Below are positions 9,729 to 18,921 of a stretch of DNA of 33,114 bases, in pieces. Numbering within the stretch: position 1 is the first letter of the stretch; each line of letters begins with the position of its first letter. The position numbers and the translations under genes are program-made. Below the pieces are notes generated by a model. The model was given only the letters and a program-made list of their open reading frames with translations, was not told the DNA's origin and ran no database searches. The stretch is from a virus. Its lineage: Duplodnaviria; Caudoviricetes. The DNA is taken from IMG/VR virus record IMGVR_UViG_3300044984_003256, positions 1 through 33,114 of that record; one strand, 5' to 3'.

Positions 9729-10108
9729 GTATTTGTATCCATTGTTATTGTTACTTGGTTGTTTACGCTAGATGATGTTTTCGTATAATAATCATACTTA
9801 ACTACAATAGTTAAAATACCACCATTGTTGTATATTCTAGTTCTAACTTTATTTACATTTTTAACTGCATACGTTATTGCTGTGTTAATTTGATCAATAA
9901 CAATATACACATTGGACAGATTACCCATTAAAAAAGTTTTAATGTTTGTCCCCAAAGAGTAATTAAAAGTATTTTCTGATCTATCTAATAATACAACATT
10001 TTTGATTTGTTGTGCTATATTATAGCTACCCCCAACCAAAGCTACATCTTGTCTGTCATTTGCAGAAGGTATGGTAGTTAAAAGAATGTCAAAATCTATT
10101 TTATCCAT
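9725..10108 (-). CDS. gp25: baseplate wedge subunit gp25-like
   Basis: IAQQIKNVVL...E..FN..LG.NI..FL pattern; size and position immediately before gp6. Confidence 0.7.
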   Translation of the reverse strand: MDKIDFDILLTTIPSANDRQDVALVGGSYNIAQQIKNVVLLDRSENTFNYSLGTNIKTFLMGNLSNVYIVIDQINTAITYAVKNVNKVRTRIYNNGGILTIVVKYDYYTKTSSSVNNQVTITMDTNT

Positions 10109-10117
10109 GTACCCATT

Positions 10118-10125
10118 TATTTAGG
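10118..10125 (-). promoter_or_regulatory. late promoter-like box CCTAAATA
   Basis: In the 30-nt gap, 9 nt before the gp25-like ATG. Confidence 0.7.
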
Positions 10126-10138
10126 GTAATTTCTATAC

Positions 10139-10945
10139 TTAAATTGACTCATATGGTTTGTCCTGTGCATATGGTTTGTAGAACCTGGAATTTGTCATAG
10201 TACTCAAAGATAAAATAGTAGTATGTCCACCATCATTTTTTATTACGTTTTTAGCACGCATAATATAATAGTACCCAGTTTTTACCTGACGAGCTGGTGA
10301 ATCATCACTAAGTGTAGCTAATCCAGTAGGATCATCCATTTTTACATATACAATATCACCTGGGCGTTGACTCAAATCACCACCAATTGTAATTTCAATC
10401 AATTCTTTAATTGATTCTACAAAATCTTGACGTTCAATTGGTACATTAATTGGTGTATCCCAAAAAGTTGCAGATCCTAGCCGATACTTTAAGAAATTTT
10501 CAAACATATCACCATATAAAGGACAGTTACAACTAAAGGTTGCCATTGGATCGGGCCAAAAACAACCAGCCCACTCTTTACCCAATATACTATAAATGTT
10601 TACACACTCTGGATCTGGTTCACTAAAGATTAAAGTAAACCCACCAGAACCACCTGCTATACCCAAACCTGATGCGCCAGACGAACCACATATACAAAGT
10701 CCACTGGTAGAACCACTTAAACCAAAACTAGCCTCTAAGCTATAGGTATTACCAACACCTAAAGCAAGAGCAATAGTTTTAATTTCTGGAAAAAGCTCAT
10801 AACATTCTTCTAATGTATATGGTGCTTCTACTTGACCTGTTGTAATTTTTGGATTTGCACAGGTATATGAATCTCTATTCGAAACAGCATTACCTGTTTG
10901 AATTTTTAATATATTTGTACCAAGAATTGTTATTTTTTTAGCCAT
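10139..10945 (-). CDS. putative baseplate hub protein, C-terminal part (gp27/gpD-like)
   Basis: C-terminus IEITIGGDLSQRPGDIV...TGYYYIMRAKNVI....HTTILSL matches the typical C-terminal barrel of gp27/gpD-type hubs. Confidence 0.55.
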   Translation of the reverse strand: MAKKITILGTNILKIQTGNAVSNRDSYTCANPKITTGQVEAPYTLEECYELFPEIKTIALALGVGNTYSLEASFGLSGSTSGLCICGSSGASGLGIAGGSGGFTLIFSEPDPECVNIYSILGKEWAGCFWPDPMATFSCNCPLYGDMFENFLKYRLGSATFWDTPINVPIERQDFVESIKELIEITIGGDLSQRPGDIVYVKMDDPTGLATLSDDSPARQVKTGYYYIMRAKNVIKNDGGHTTILSLSTMTNSRFYKPYAQDKPYESI

Positions 10946-13395
10946 TAGCAGATTCCATCAACTGCGTTTTCCGCAATAAAGTAATACATATATTCGTTAC
11001 CTAAGTTAGGGGCTGGTGGTATACAACCCATCTCTCTTAATTTATTCACTCTAATTTTGTACATTTTTACAATATGTGAAGCTGATTCCCATTTATTGTA
11101 ACCTGGACCATCTGGTAAAGCATTACTGTGAGTAAAAAGACTTCCAGTAAACCCAATGGGTTTATATGCAAATTGACCATTAGTGGTGATATTATCTTTA
11201 AAATATCCTGGTCCTCTATAATTTTTAGTATCTGTACCTGTTTCTGAACTTTCAACTTGAACTGAGGTAAATATACTATCGTTTTGTCCGTTTAGTCGTT
11301 CATTAAGATTTATAGCCCAGGTTGCCATACCAGTAAAAGAACCACCATGTTTCATTACGTCAAATCCACTATTACCTTCTATAAAACTAATATCTGGCAT
11401 GCCTGTAGAACCTATACATGGACTTGTTGTCCACCCATGCATCATACTATGATATGAAGCAAAACGTTCTACGTCTGCTGTTATACCAGCAGTAAGACCA
11501 ACAAAAAGCGGTCCAGGTTCTAGTTTTTTCCAAGAATATAACCAAGCATCAGCAACAGCACCAAGTTTTATAGAAGGTCCTTCAACAGCAGGACCATCAC
11601 GTAATTTTCTATTATCTGGAATAAATCCTGTAATTTTAGCAAAGAACCAATCTTCTTTTGCTGCAAGATCTTCACCAATACAACATAAAACATTGGCAAC
11701 AAAATTTTCTTTTTCAGTTTGTTCTAATTGTTTTCGGCGATAATTATCATAATTATTTTTATCACCCATTGCTTTATATTTGGCTTGAAGAACTTTATTT
11801 AAACTAAGAGATTCTAATAATATAGTAATTACTGTTTGAGTTATATCATCTCCACCATCTGAATATAATAAGTCTGATAATTCTTGGTAAAAATCAATTT
11901 CTTTTACGGATACAACACCACCATCTTCAGCTCTAACCAAATTTGGATGTGTTCGAGTTAGATCGTATGCAAACTGCCACATATATGGATTATCGTTAAA
12001 TGGATACAAAGGTGTCTGTGGGCTTGGTTGTTGAAATGAATCACGTAAACCAAGAGGTGTAGCTTCAATATGACTTTTTACAGATTCATATGCTGCAACA
12101 GCATCAGTTGTATTAATTTTTGTATTACTTTGAGCAAAATCTGCTACATATCCATAAAATCCTCCATCGGGTAAATATGTTAAATTAGCATCTTCTATTG
12201 CCATAGTCCTCATACTATATGTAACACCACCAGCAACATTTTCAGTATATTTGGTAACTGTGGTTAAAGTACCCGTTCCCGAGTCACTTAAATAAGAACC
12301 AACTAGATTAAGAGGATTGGTAGTTGCACCCGAAATACCAAATGATGGAATTTCCATATATGATGGTGAATCTCGAATATAATAATAATTTTTATTAATA
12401 ATGCTGGTAGCTGGATTTGTTACCAATACATATATTTTTTTACATTCAATCTCTTCACCGTCAACATCTTTTAAAAGACGTTGAACATCAGGTGAATCAT
12501 AAACACCATAGGGTTGTATGTGATAAGGGTCAGCCGGATCAAGATCAAATTTATATAAGTCTGTCTTTAGGTCACTTCTTAAATCAAAAAATTTATAATT
12601 TAAACAGTTTGTAAAATCAGTCCAAAACATATAATAAGGTTTTAACTGATTGCTACCAAGAGGAGAACTTACAGCATATGTAAAAATATAATTTAAATAT
12701 GAAATTATATTAGTTTGGTATTGTTCTTGTCTCGTTGCATCTGCTATTTTAGGTCTAAACAAAACAGCATTTTTAGGTTCAAAGTTATTTTTAATATTAT
12801 TGTTTATACCACATCCCTTTAATGTTATTTCGTTACCATCAGAATCTCTTTTATTAAATAATGGCTTTGAAAAAACTGATCGATATCCATATGTTTTAAT
12901 AATATGTTCTGGTGTAGTTACAAATGGATATGATATATCCCATAAAGAAGTAGGAGTTGCTGTTACTTCACCTTCAGAATCTGTTCCATAAACAATCTCA
13001 TCATAAAATGATTTTCCTTGAGATTCTTGAAATAATTTATTTGTAAAATAGATAACTACAAAAGTTTGATCTATTTCAGATACAGCATTATTGGCATAAG
13101 TTATTGATGTGATACTCCATTCATATTTTTCAGAAGTAGTATCATCAAGATCACCCATAGAGACAATAATTGATTTAATTTCATTTTCTGCAATATAAGT
13201 CAATATATCACTAGTATCTCTAATAATGAGAGCACCAGTAGGAAAAATATTATTAATACTTTCTTCTAACTCTATACGTTCAAATTGACAAAATTTATTA
13301 TTTTTCATCAATTCGATATCAAAATCAGAATCATCTGTTGATAAATTTGATTTTAATATAATCGATTGTATTGGTGTCGAAATAGGATTTTGCAT
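10945..13395 (-). CDS. putative baseplate hub protein, N-terminal part with large unique insertion
   Basis: N-terminus IELEESINNIFPTGALIIRDTSDIL and YMFWTD...NYK resemble N-terminal gp27/gpD-type hub segments; follows gp53. Confidence 0.5.
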   Translation of the reverse strand: MQNPISTPIQSIILKSNLSTDDSDFDIELMKNNKFCQFERIELEESINNIFPTGALIIRDTSDILTYIAENEIKSIIVSMGDLDDTTSEKYEWSITSITYANNAVSEIDQTFVVIYFTNKLFQESQGKSFYDEIVYGTDSEGEVTATPTSLWDISYPFVTTPEHIIKTYGYRSVFSKPLFNKRDSDGNEITLKGCGINNNIKNNFEPKNAVLFRPKIADATRQEQYQTNIISYLNYIFTYAVSSPLGSNQLKPYYMFWTDFTNCLNYKFFDLRSDLKTDLYKFDLDPADPYHIQPYGVYDSPDVQRLLKDVDGEEIECKKIYVLVTNPATSIINKNYYYIRDSPSYMEIPSFGISGATTNPLNLVGSYLSDSGTGTLTTVTKYTENVAGGVTYSMRTMAIEDANLTYLPDGGFYGYVADFAQSNTKINTTDAVAAYESVKSHIEATPLGLRDSFQQPSPQTPLYPFNDNPYMWQFAYDLTRTHPNLVRAEDGGVVSVKEIDFYQELSDLLYSDGGDDITQTVITILLESLSLNKVLQAKYKAMGDKNNYDNYRRKQLEQTEKENFVANVLCCIGEDLAAKEDWFFAKITGFIPDNRKLRDGPAVEGPSIKLGAVADAWLYSWKKLEPGPLFVGLTAGITADVERFASYHSMMHGWTTSPCIGSTGMPDISFIEGNSGFDVMKHGGSFTGMATWAINLNERLNGQNDSIFTSVQVESSETGTDTKNYRGPGYFKDNITTNGQFAYKPIGFTGSLFTHSNALPDGPGYNKWESASHIVKMYKIRVNKLREMGCIPPAPNLGNEYMYYFIAENAVDGIC

Positions 13396-13398
13396 AAT

Positions 13399-14313
13399 TT
13401 AAATTAACTTTTTAAGAATAGTACCAAGATCACTATTATTTAAATATTTTACAGTAGAAGTAGCCTGATATGTGCTGGCATATGATTGTTGTGTAGAAAT
13501 TTGAATATATTGTTCTGCCAATACTTCTTCTGCTAGTGCAGATGGTGCATCACCACTTATTACTGTTTGTATAGAATCAGCCACCTCAATTAATGGTGTT
13601 GGTGATACTATACTTGCTATATTCTTCTTCGAAAAGAAAGCCGCTGATTCAAGATATGGATATGACTTTAAGTTTCTTATAGTGCCAACACCAAAACCAG
13701 GAGGTGAATTTGCAATATAATATCCAGTAGAACCTTTACGTAAAATAACAAGATCATAGTTGCCTACAATATTATTAGGGTTTGTTAAATCAATAGTAGC
13801 AGTAGATCCAATTGTTTTAGAAATTTGTGCTTTTTTTGTATCACCAAATCCTTTTGCAACTATATTGGTTCCATAAAGATCAAAATATGTATCATAATCT
13901 TTAAATATACTTTCTGCTGCAGTAGCTCCCGAATTATAATTACCATTACCAGCTACAATGATATCATCTGGTTGTAATTCAGGATAAGCATTTGGGTTTA
14001 ATTTTGTTCCACTATATTTGGCATAAAAAGCTGTATAATCTTTATTTGAATTAATAAAATCTGAAGGAGTTTCTTTGAGAAAAGTCCATGGGTTTATCTG
14101 TTCATTTGCAAACATTAAACCCCAAAAATTATTAGCATCTTTTGCATAAATATTGGCTGACAAATTACCAATAGTTTTGAATGTACCCATTTGAGTACTA
14201 GAAAAAGTAAATTCTTCGGGATCATATTCTAAACCAAAAGAAATATCAATCATACCTATAGACTTATTGTTTATAGTTGATTTAATTTTAGGAAAATTTG
14301 TAAAATATGTCAT
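13399..14313 (-). CDS. gp53: baseplate wedge protein gp53-like
   Basis: YFTNFPKI N-terminus and LS..IY....NFWGLMFANEQINPW LysM-like motif of gp53. Confidence 0.75.
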   Translation of the reverse strand: MTYFTNFPKIKSTINNKSIGMIDISFGLEYDPEEFTFSSTQMGTFKTIGNLSANIYAKDANNFWGLMFANEQINPWTFLKETPSDFINSNKDYTAFYAKYSGTKLNPNAYPELQPDDIIVAGNGNYNSGATAAESIFKDYDTYFDLYGTNIVAKGFGDTKKAQISKTIGSTATIDLTNPNNIVGNYDLVILRKGSTGYYIANSPPGFGVGTIRNLKSYPYLESAAFFSKKNIASIVSPTPLIEVADSIQTVISGDAPSALAEEVLAEQYIQISTQQSYASTYQATSTVKYLNNSDLGTILKKLI

Positions 14314-15113
14314 TCTGCGTCTGCTCCTAAAGCTGATACTTCTGATTTTGATAATAATTGATCACGAATTGGAGCATATGTTCCTGTTTCAAATTCTAAA
14401 AATGTAAGAGTTAATAAAGTCATCAAAGATTTTGAGTTAGGTAAAATCTTTAACACTGGATCTGAGGGATCTCCTTTATCTACTTCCATATGTTGTAAGA
14501 CACATGGTAACGGATCACCCAACCAACTATTAGTTATACTGGGATCACTATCTGTGTCAGCAACATTACCGAAAGCAGATATACTCCAAATATTTTGTGG
14601 CATAGTTCTTTCGGGTAAACCTGGAACAATCTTAGGATAGGATAGATTTCGAAAAGTTGTAACAATAGCATCAACTGCGGTTGCTTCATTTGCATTTTTT
14701 GGAACAAACAAATATTTAAAAGTAAAAGTTCTACGTGCTTCGCTAGTCATAGAAGCTTCCGTAACATTGCTAAATCTTCTATAAGTATCTGTAGTAAATG
14801 TTGTTTCATAAAAAGCTGCAGCTGGCGCAGAGAGTCTCTCTAAAAACGTAGCATCTCCGTCACTACCGCTTGTATTTCTTAATCCAGCCAAACTTAAAAC
14901 CGGACCTACTGGGTTGGTACCTTCTACAAACTTATGCTCCATCGTCATCTTAGGCTCACCAGTAAACGGTAAATAAATTGCCTGTATATAATTGGTGTTG
15001 ATGTGAACTCTGGTTCTTTCTGTATTTATAACAGAATATTCAGCACACTTAAAAGCACACCAAAATGGTATTTCAGCAGCATAAGGTGAAAGTGGATATT
15101 GAAGAGCTGACAT
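14310..15113 (-). CDS. gp48: baseplate tail-tube cap gp48-like
   Basis: LQYP, IYLP, RTFTFKYLFVPKNANEA..V..IV..FR, PCVL..MEVD, LTLTFLEFE. Confidence 0.8.
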   Translation of the reverse strand: MSALQYPLSPYAAEIPFWCAFKCAEYSVINTERTRVHINTNYIQAIYLPFTGEPKMTMEHKFVEGTNPVGPVLSLAGLRNTSGSDGDATFLERLSAPAAAFYETTFTTDTYRRFSNVTEASMTSEARRTFTFKYLFVPKNANEATAVDAIVTTFRNLSYPKIVPGLPERTMPQNIWSISAFGNVADTDSDPSITNSWLGDPLPCVLQHMEVDKGDPSDPVLKILPNSKSLMTLLTLTFLEFETGTYAPIRDQLLSKSEVSALGADAE

Positions 15114-15120
15114 ATAAAAT

Positions 15121-15146
15121 TATTTAGCAGCAATATAACCTAAATA
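15121..15146. promoter_or_regulatory. back-to-back late promoters (GCTAAATA minus 15121-15128; CCTAAATA plus 15139-15146)
   Basis: Two opposite-facing boxes in the 42-nt gap between the divergent gp48 and gp4 genes. Confidence 0.75.
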
Positions 15147-15155
15147 TTTTAGCCC

Positions 15156-15572
15156 ATGGCATATAAAACTACATTTACTCCTAAAAACCCTAATAAATAC
15201 ATAGGATATAAAAACTCCATAAAATGTAGATCTTTGTGGGAAAGAAGAGTTTGTAAATTTTTTGATGAAAGTGAAAAGATAAAAAAATGGTCATTTGAAG
15301 AAATTGAAATTCCATATGTACACCCAGTTGACAAACAGGTACATAGATATATTCCTGATTTTTTAATTCAGGTTGAACAAAATAATATAAACAAATCAAT
15401 TATAGTAGAGGTAAAACCCTTAAAACAGGTTCACCTTAAAGAATCAGCATCAAGCAAAGACAAGTTAATTTTTGAAATTAATAAAGCAAAATGGAATGCA
15501 GCAGAAAAATTTTGTCAAAAACACCAAATGCAATTTCAAATTTTAACAGAAAAGGATATATTCTGTGGCTAA
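15156..15572 (+). CDS. gp4: head completion nuclease gp4 (TnsA-like PD-(D/E)xK)
   Basis: PKNPNKYIG, RSLWER, WSFEEIEIPY, HRYIPDF, EVKP, NKAKWNAA, ILTEKD. Confidence 0.95.
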   Translation: MAYKTTFTPKNPNKYIGYKNSIKCRSLWERRVCKFFDESEKIKKWSFEEIEIPYVHPVDKQVHRYIPDFLIQVEQNNINKSIIVEVKPLKQVHLKESASSKDKLIFEINKAKWNAAEKFCQKHQMQFQILTEKDIFCG

Positions 15573-16167
15573 TACCAACATCTCAATATCAGCATTAAAA
15601 GAAAAAATTACTGATTCTGGTGGTCTACAAAGAGCAAACAGATTTTTAATTAAATTTATTGGTGATAGTGTACCCGGATTTTTTACTGGTACATCAGGTA
15701 GTGATGGTGCACCGAATACATATATTGCTGAAACAGTATTACTTCCAGATATTGTAATGAATACACAAGCTGATGGTTTGGCTGGTCCAGGATTAGGGAG
15801 ATCTCAGCCTAGAGGTATATCCTATAAAGATGGTGTATTGGTTACATTTCCCGTTTTTGGTAATTATAAATTACCACAGGCTTTTGATAAATGGATGAAA
15901 AACTTATATAGTGAAAATACAGGCGAGGGAGCAAAAACTTGGGTAACTGGATTTTATGATACTACAGTAAAAAATAGCCAAATGACATTAGATGTTCTTG
16001 ATTTAAATGGTAAAGCTATAGCAACATATAGATTCTATGAAATTTTTCCTGTAGAGATTGCTCCTATTCAATTTTCTTCATTAAACACAAATGAATATTT
16101 AAAAATAACTGTACGTTTTGCTTTCCGAAAATACGAACTTACTTTAGAATCAGACCCCACAACATGA
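15565..16167 (+). CDS. gp19-fold baseplate tail-tube initiator, gp54-like
   Basis: GGLQRANRF, FDKWM, LDLNG, YEIFPVEIAPIQFS, TVRFAFR: tube fold, located before gp26. Confidence 0.75.
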   Translation: MANTNISISALKEKITDSGGLQRANRFLIKFIGDSVPGFFTGTSGSDGAPNTYIAETVLLPDIVMNTQADGLAGPGLGRSQPRGISYKDGVLVTFPVFGNYKLPQAFDKWMKNLYSENTGEGAKTWVTGFYDTTVKNSQMTLDVLDLNGKAIATYRFYEIFPVEIAPIQFSSLNTNEYLKITVRFAFRKYELTLESDPTT

Positions 16168-16841
16168 CAGACATTGATACAATTTTAAATGATATTAAAA
16201 CTGCGCAACCTGAATACAAAACAGTTTTACCTGTAAGTAGAACTGATGTCTTCTATAGCCCTTTCAAAATAAGAGATCAAAAAACCATATCTATTATTTC
16301 AGAAGAAACTCATGTTGGTAGCATATTAAAAAATATTTGTAATATTTTAAAAAGTTGCTCTAATATTAAAAATCCAGAACAGTTATATCTTGCTGACTTA
16401 GAATTTTTATTCTTACAGATAAGAGCTAAAAGCGTAGAGGAAAATATTAAATTATCATTGGATGGTCCAATTCCAGTTAATTTTGAATTAAACATATCCA
16501 ATATTAAATTTAATAATGGTGTTTTGACAAAAGATATTTCAACTAACAAAAATATTACTTTAACAGTAGCACAACCAAAAGTATGTGATTACTATGAATT
16601 ATCATCAATTGATGATGATAAGTTATTAACTAAAATCATCAAAGTAATAACCATTGGTAATAAAAGACATGATATCAGTTTATTCAAGTCCAGTGATATT
16701 ACTACAATCTTAGATGAAATTTATTTAAGTGAAATTAAACTCTTAAAAAACTTCTTAAAAGATGGACCAAAATTAACTTACGATGTTGTTAATGGAGAAG
16801 AAATAATTGTTGTTGAGGGCTTTTTGCGTTTTTTTACCTAA
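16164..16841 (+). CDS. gp26: baseplate hub assembly protein gp26
   Basis: PEY...LP.S, YSPF.I.DQK, DLEFLFLQIRAKSVEE, PKL, VEGFLRFF. Confidence 0.9.
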   Translation: MTDIDTILNDIKTAQPEYKTVLPVSRTDVFYSPFKIRDQKTISIISEETHVGSILKNICNILKSCSNIKNPEQLYLADLEFLFLQIRAKSVEENIKLSLDGPIPVNFELNISNIKFNNGVLTKDISTNKNITLTVAQPKVCDYYELSSIDDDKLLTKIIKVITIGNKRHDISLFKSSDITTILDEIYLSEIKLLKNFLKDGPKLTYDVVNGEEIIVVEGFLRFFT

Positions 16842-16843
16842 GT

Positions 16844-17035
16844 GTGAATTATTTTAGTTTGGTTGACTATTATAAAATGGTCTTCTTACTAACAAATTCA
16901 CAGAGACTGTCGGTATCTGAAATTGAAAACATGTATCCCTGGGAATACGAAATATATTTAAATATGTTACAAAGCCATCTAGAAGAAGAAAATCAAAACA
17001 AACAAGAACAATATAATTCTGATTTAATGAGATAA
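16844..17035 (+). CDS. gp51: baseplate hub assembly catalyst gp51
   Basis: SL.DYYK..F.L, S.SEIENMYPWEYEIY..ML..HLEEEN; follows gp26; GTG start. Confidence 0.88.
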   Translation: MNYFSLVDYYKMVFLLTNSQRLSVSEIENMYPWEYEIYLNMLQSHLEEENQNKQEQYNSDLMR

Positions 17036-17036
17036 C

Positions 17037-17657
17037 ATGGATAAAAACAAAAAAGCAATGTTGGGAACAGATAGTAAAGAAAGTGCTATGGATAAAATTA
17101 AATTATCTGCACCACCAACTACACCAACACTTCCTACTACACCACAACCAACTAACACTATTCCAGTACTTTTAAATTCACCAAAATTACTTAACCCTAC
17201 AGTACCAGCTGCTTTTAAACCCTCTGCAATAGTTCCACAGGCTGCAATGCCTCAAGCAGAAACTATTGAAAAATTAAAAGTTGATAAAAATAGACCAAAG
17301 GGAGTAGAGTTAATAAAGGCTTTAATTCCAAAAGCACCAACAGCTCCGATGATACAGGCAGAAACAAAAAAATTAAATGCAAAATCGTCAACAGCAGATA
17401 ACATAAAAAATAATGAAGCTATGCTGGATGAAATGGATAAAAAAATTAAACAAATGACAGGAAAAAAACTTCAAAGAGATACATTAAAGATGTTACAGCC
17501 TGCCTTTGAAAATATTGCAACCACAGTAAACCAATCAAATAAAGATAAAGGTCCAAAAGATTATGACAGTGAACATATTACTGTTCAAAACTCACAGTCT
17601 TTATTTACTATGACCGCTAATCAAATTTCTGGCACACCATCATATAGAGTAAAATAA
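17037..17657 (+). CDS. hypothetical Pro/Thr/Lys-rich protein
   Basis: Open ORF abutting gp51; low-complexity PPTTPTLPTTPQP segment. Confidence 0.7.
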   Translation: MDKNKKAMLGTDSKESAMDKIKLSAPPTTPTLPTTPQPTNTIPVLLNSPKLLNPTVPAAFKPSAIVPQAAMPQAETIEKLKVDKNRPKGVELIKALIPKAPTAPMIQAETKKLNAKSSTADNIKNNEAMLDEMDKKIKQMTGKKLQRDTLKMLQPAFENIATTVNQSNKDKGPKDYDSEHITVQNSQSLFTMTANQISGTPSYRVK

Positions 17658-17659
17658 GA

Positions 17660-17681
17660 AGAGCCCCCTTTCGGGGGCTCT
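17660..17681. terminator. intrinsic terminator between convergent genes
   Basis: AGAGCCCCC-TTTC-GGGGGCTCT perfect 9-bp stem (GAAA loop on minus strand), with T-rich tails in both directions. Confidence 0.85.
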
Positions 17682-17683
17682 CT

Positions 17684-18547
17684 TTAGTCTTGCTTACTCT
17701 TTAGAGACTTGAAGTAGTCCAGAGTATCGGTATCTTCCGATGGAATCTGTTCTACTACTGAGTCATCCTCAACAGTCTTTTCGTTAGCCTCATCAAACTG
17801 TTCGCGGATATCATCCCCAACAGTCTTCTTGAATCGCTCCTTGACTTCGTCATATGATTTAAAGCCAGTAGGATTCACAAACTCAGCAAGAGCATACTGC
17901 TTCTTCCACAGAACCTCAAGCTTCTTGTCATCCCCACCAAACAATGGTGCTGGAGCTGAAAATTCACTTCTGTCGTAGTTTACGTAACCACCAACATTAC
18001 GAATCTTGAGTTTGAAGTCTGCGCCTTCCCAGAAATTAAAGGGGTCAACGGGAGTCTCATCCTTGAATTCAGGAGACATAAGTGCCTGAACCTTCTCAAA
18101 GATCTTTGTTCCATACTTGAAGAGAAATACCTTACCTTCGTTTTCTGAATTGGATGGATCGCTGATAACCAAAATATTGCTGATATAATTAAGCTTACGC
18201 TTACGTGATCGTGCAATGTCCTTGTCCTCCTCTAATCCACTGTTCCAGAGTTCGGTATTGGCTTCGCACACTGGGCACTTTTCGCCAAATGTGGTACGGC
18301 AGTTTTCAATAAACCAGCCACCCTTGCCTTTAAAAGCATGAGTATATAGTTTAATGAATGGAACTTCTTCGGTCTCAATGGACGGAAGAAAACGAATTAC
18401 AGCGTAACCATTCTTGGATGCATCAAGTCCTGGCTTCCAAAACCGATCATCCTTATAGCTTTCCTTGCTATTCAGGCTGACCAACTTCTTGCTCAAGTCC
18501 TCGATAGAATTCTTACTACGCTTCTTAAAATCTGAAAACGATCCCAT
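17684..18547 (-). CDS. gp32: single-stranded DNA-binding protein gp32
   Basis: DDRFWK, NGYAVIRFLP, HAFKG.GGWFIENC, CPVCE, KYGTKIF, PFNFWEGADFKLKIR, NYDRSEF, acidic tail. Confidence 0.98.
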   Translation of the reverse strand: MGSFSDFKKRSKNSIEDLSKKLVSLNSKESYKDDRFWKPGLDASKNGYAVIRFLPSIETEEVPFIKLYTHAFKGKGGWFIENCRTTFGEKCPVCEANTELWNSGLEEDKDIARSRKRKLNYISNILVISDPSNSENEGKVFLFKYGTKIFEKVQALMSPEFKDETPVDPFNFWEGADFKLKIRNVGGYVNYDRSEFSAPAPLFGGDDKKLEVLWKKQYALAEFVNPTGFKSYDEVKERFKKTVGDDIREQFDEANEKTVEDDSVVEQIPSEDTDTLDYFKSLKSKQD

Positions 18548-18560
18548 ATAGTGACCTTTC

Positions 18561-18607
18561 TCTGGGGACTACCCAGACCATGAAAATTATCAAGGACCTA
18601 CCTTGAT
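18561..18607 (-). promoter_or_regulatory. twin hairpins in gp32 5' leader
   Basis: Minus strand ATCAAGG-TAGGT-CCTTGAT and TCTGGG-TAGTC-CCCAGA, just upstream of SD GAAAGG. Confidence 0.6.
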
Positions 18608-18613
18608 TTGTTT

Positions 18614-18641
18614 ATTCTATCATATTTAGGGTGAATGTCAA
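18614..18641 (-). promoter_or_regulatory. gp32 promoter: sigma70-like TTGACA-16-TAGAAT with nested late box CCTAAATA (18623-18630)
   Basis: Read directly from the sequence; TGn extended -10. Confidence 0.6.
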
Positions 18642-18874
18642 CCATCAACCGGTAACTTTTTTCCTTTAACTGCTTTCATAAGATGCAATTCTTTTGCTTC
18701 TTCTTGAATTTTTTCAATTAAAGGTTTTGTTAAAAGTTTTCCAGCAGCACCTGGTTCAATATTCATTTCTTCTGCCAATTCCAACACACAATCCATATAT
18801 GATAATTTTGTTTTTTGTACTCTTTCAAGTACTTTACTTGAAAATGTTAATTTTATATTTTCGTCTAGATACAT
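18638..18874 (-). CDS. gp33: late transcription coactivator gp33
   Basis: FS..V...V....SYMDCV....E...IEP....KL...L.EKI..EA..L...K...KLP pattern. Confidence 0.9.
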   Translation of the reverse strand: MYLDENIKLTFSSKVLERVQKTKLSYMDCVLELAEEMNIEPGAAGKLLTKPLIEKIQEEAKELHLMKAVKGKKLPVDG

Positions 18875-18880
18875 GTGGAT

Positions 18881-18909
18881 ATTATACCAGAATTTAAAAA
18901 AAATATCAA
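18881..18909 (-). promoter_or_regulatory. sigma70-type promoter TTGATA-17-TATAAT
   Basis: Near-consensus boxes with 17-nt spacer and TG extension, just upstream of gp33. Confidence 0.7.
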
Positions 18910-18921
18910 TACTTATAATAC

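Noticed and set aside
10940-10950. Possible frameshift or sequencing error splitting the hub gene
   Set aside because: The junction is a clean TAATG stop-start overlap like others in this operon (5845, 8039), consistent with two coupled genes; no obvious slippery site.
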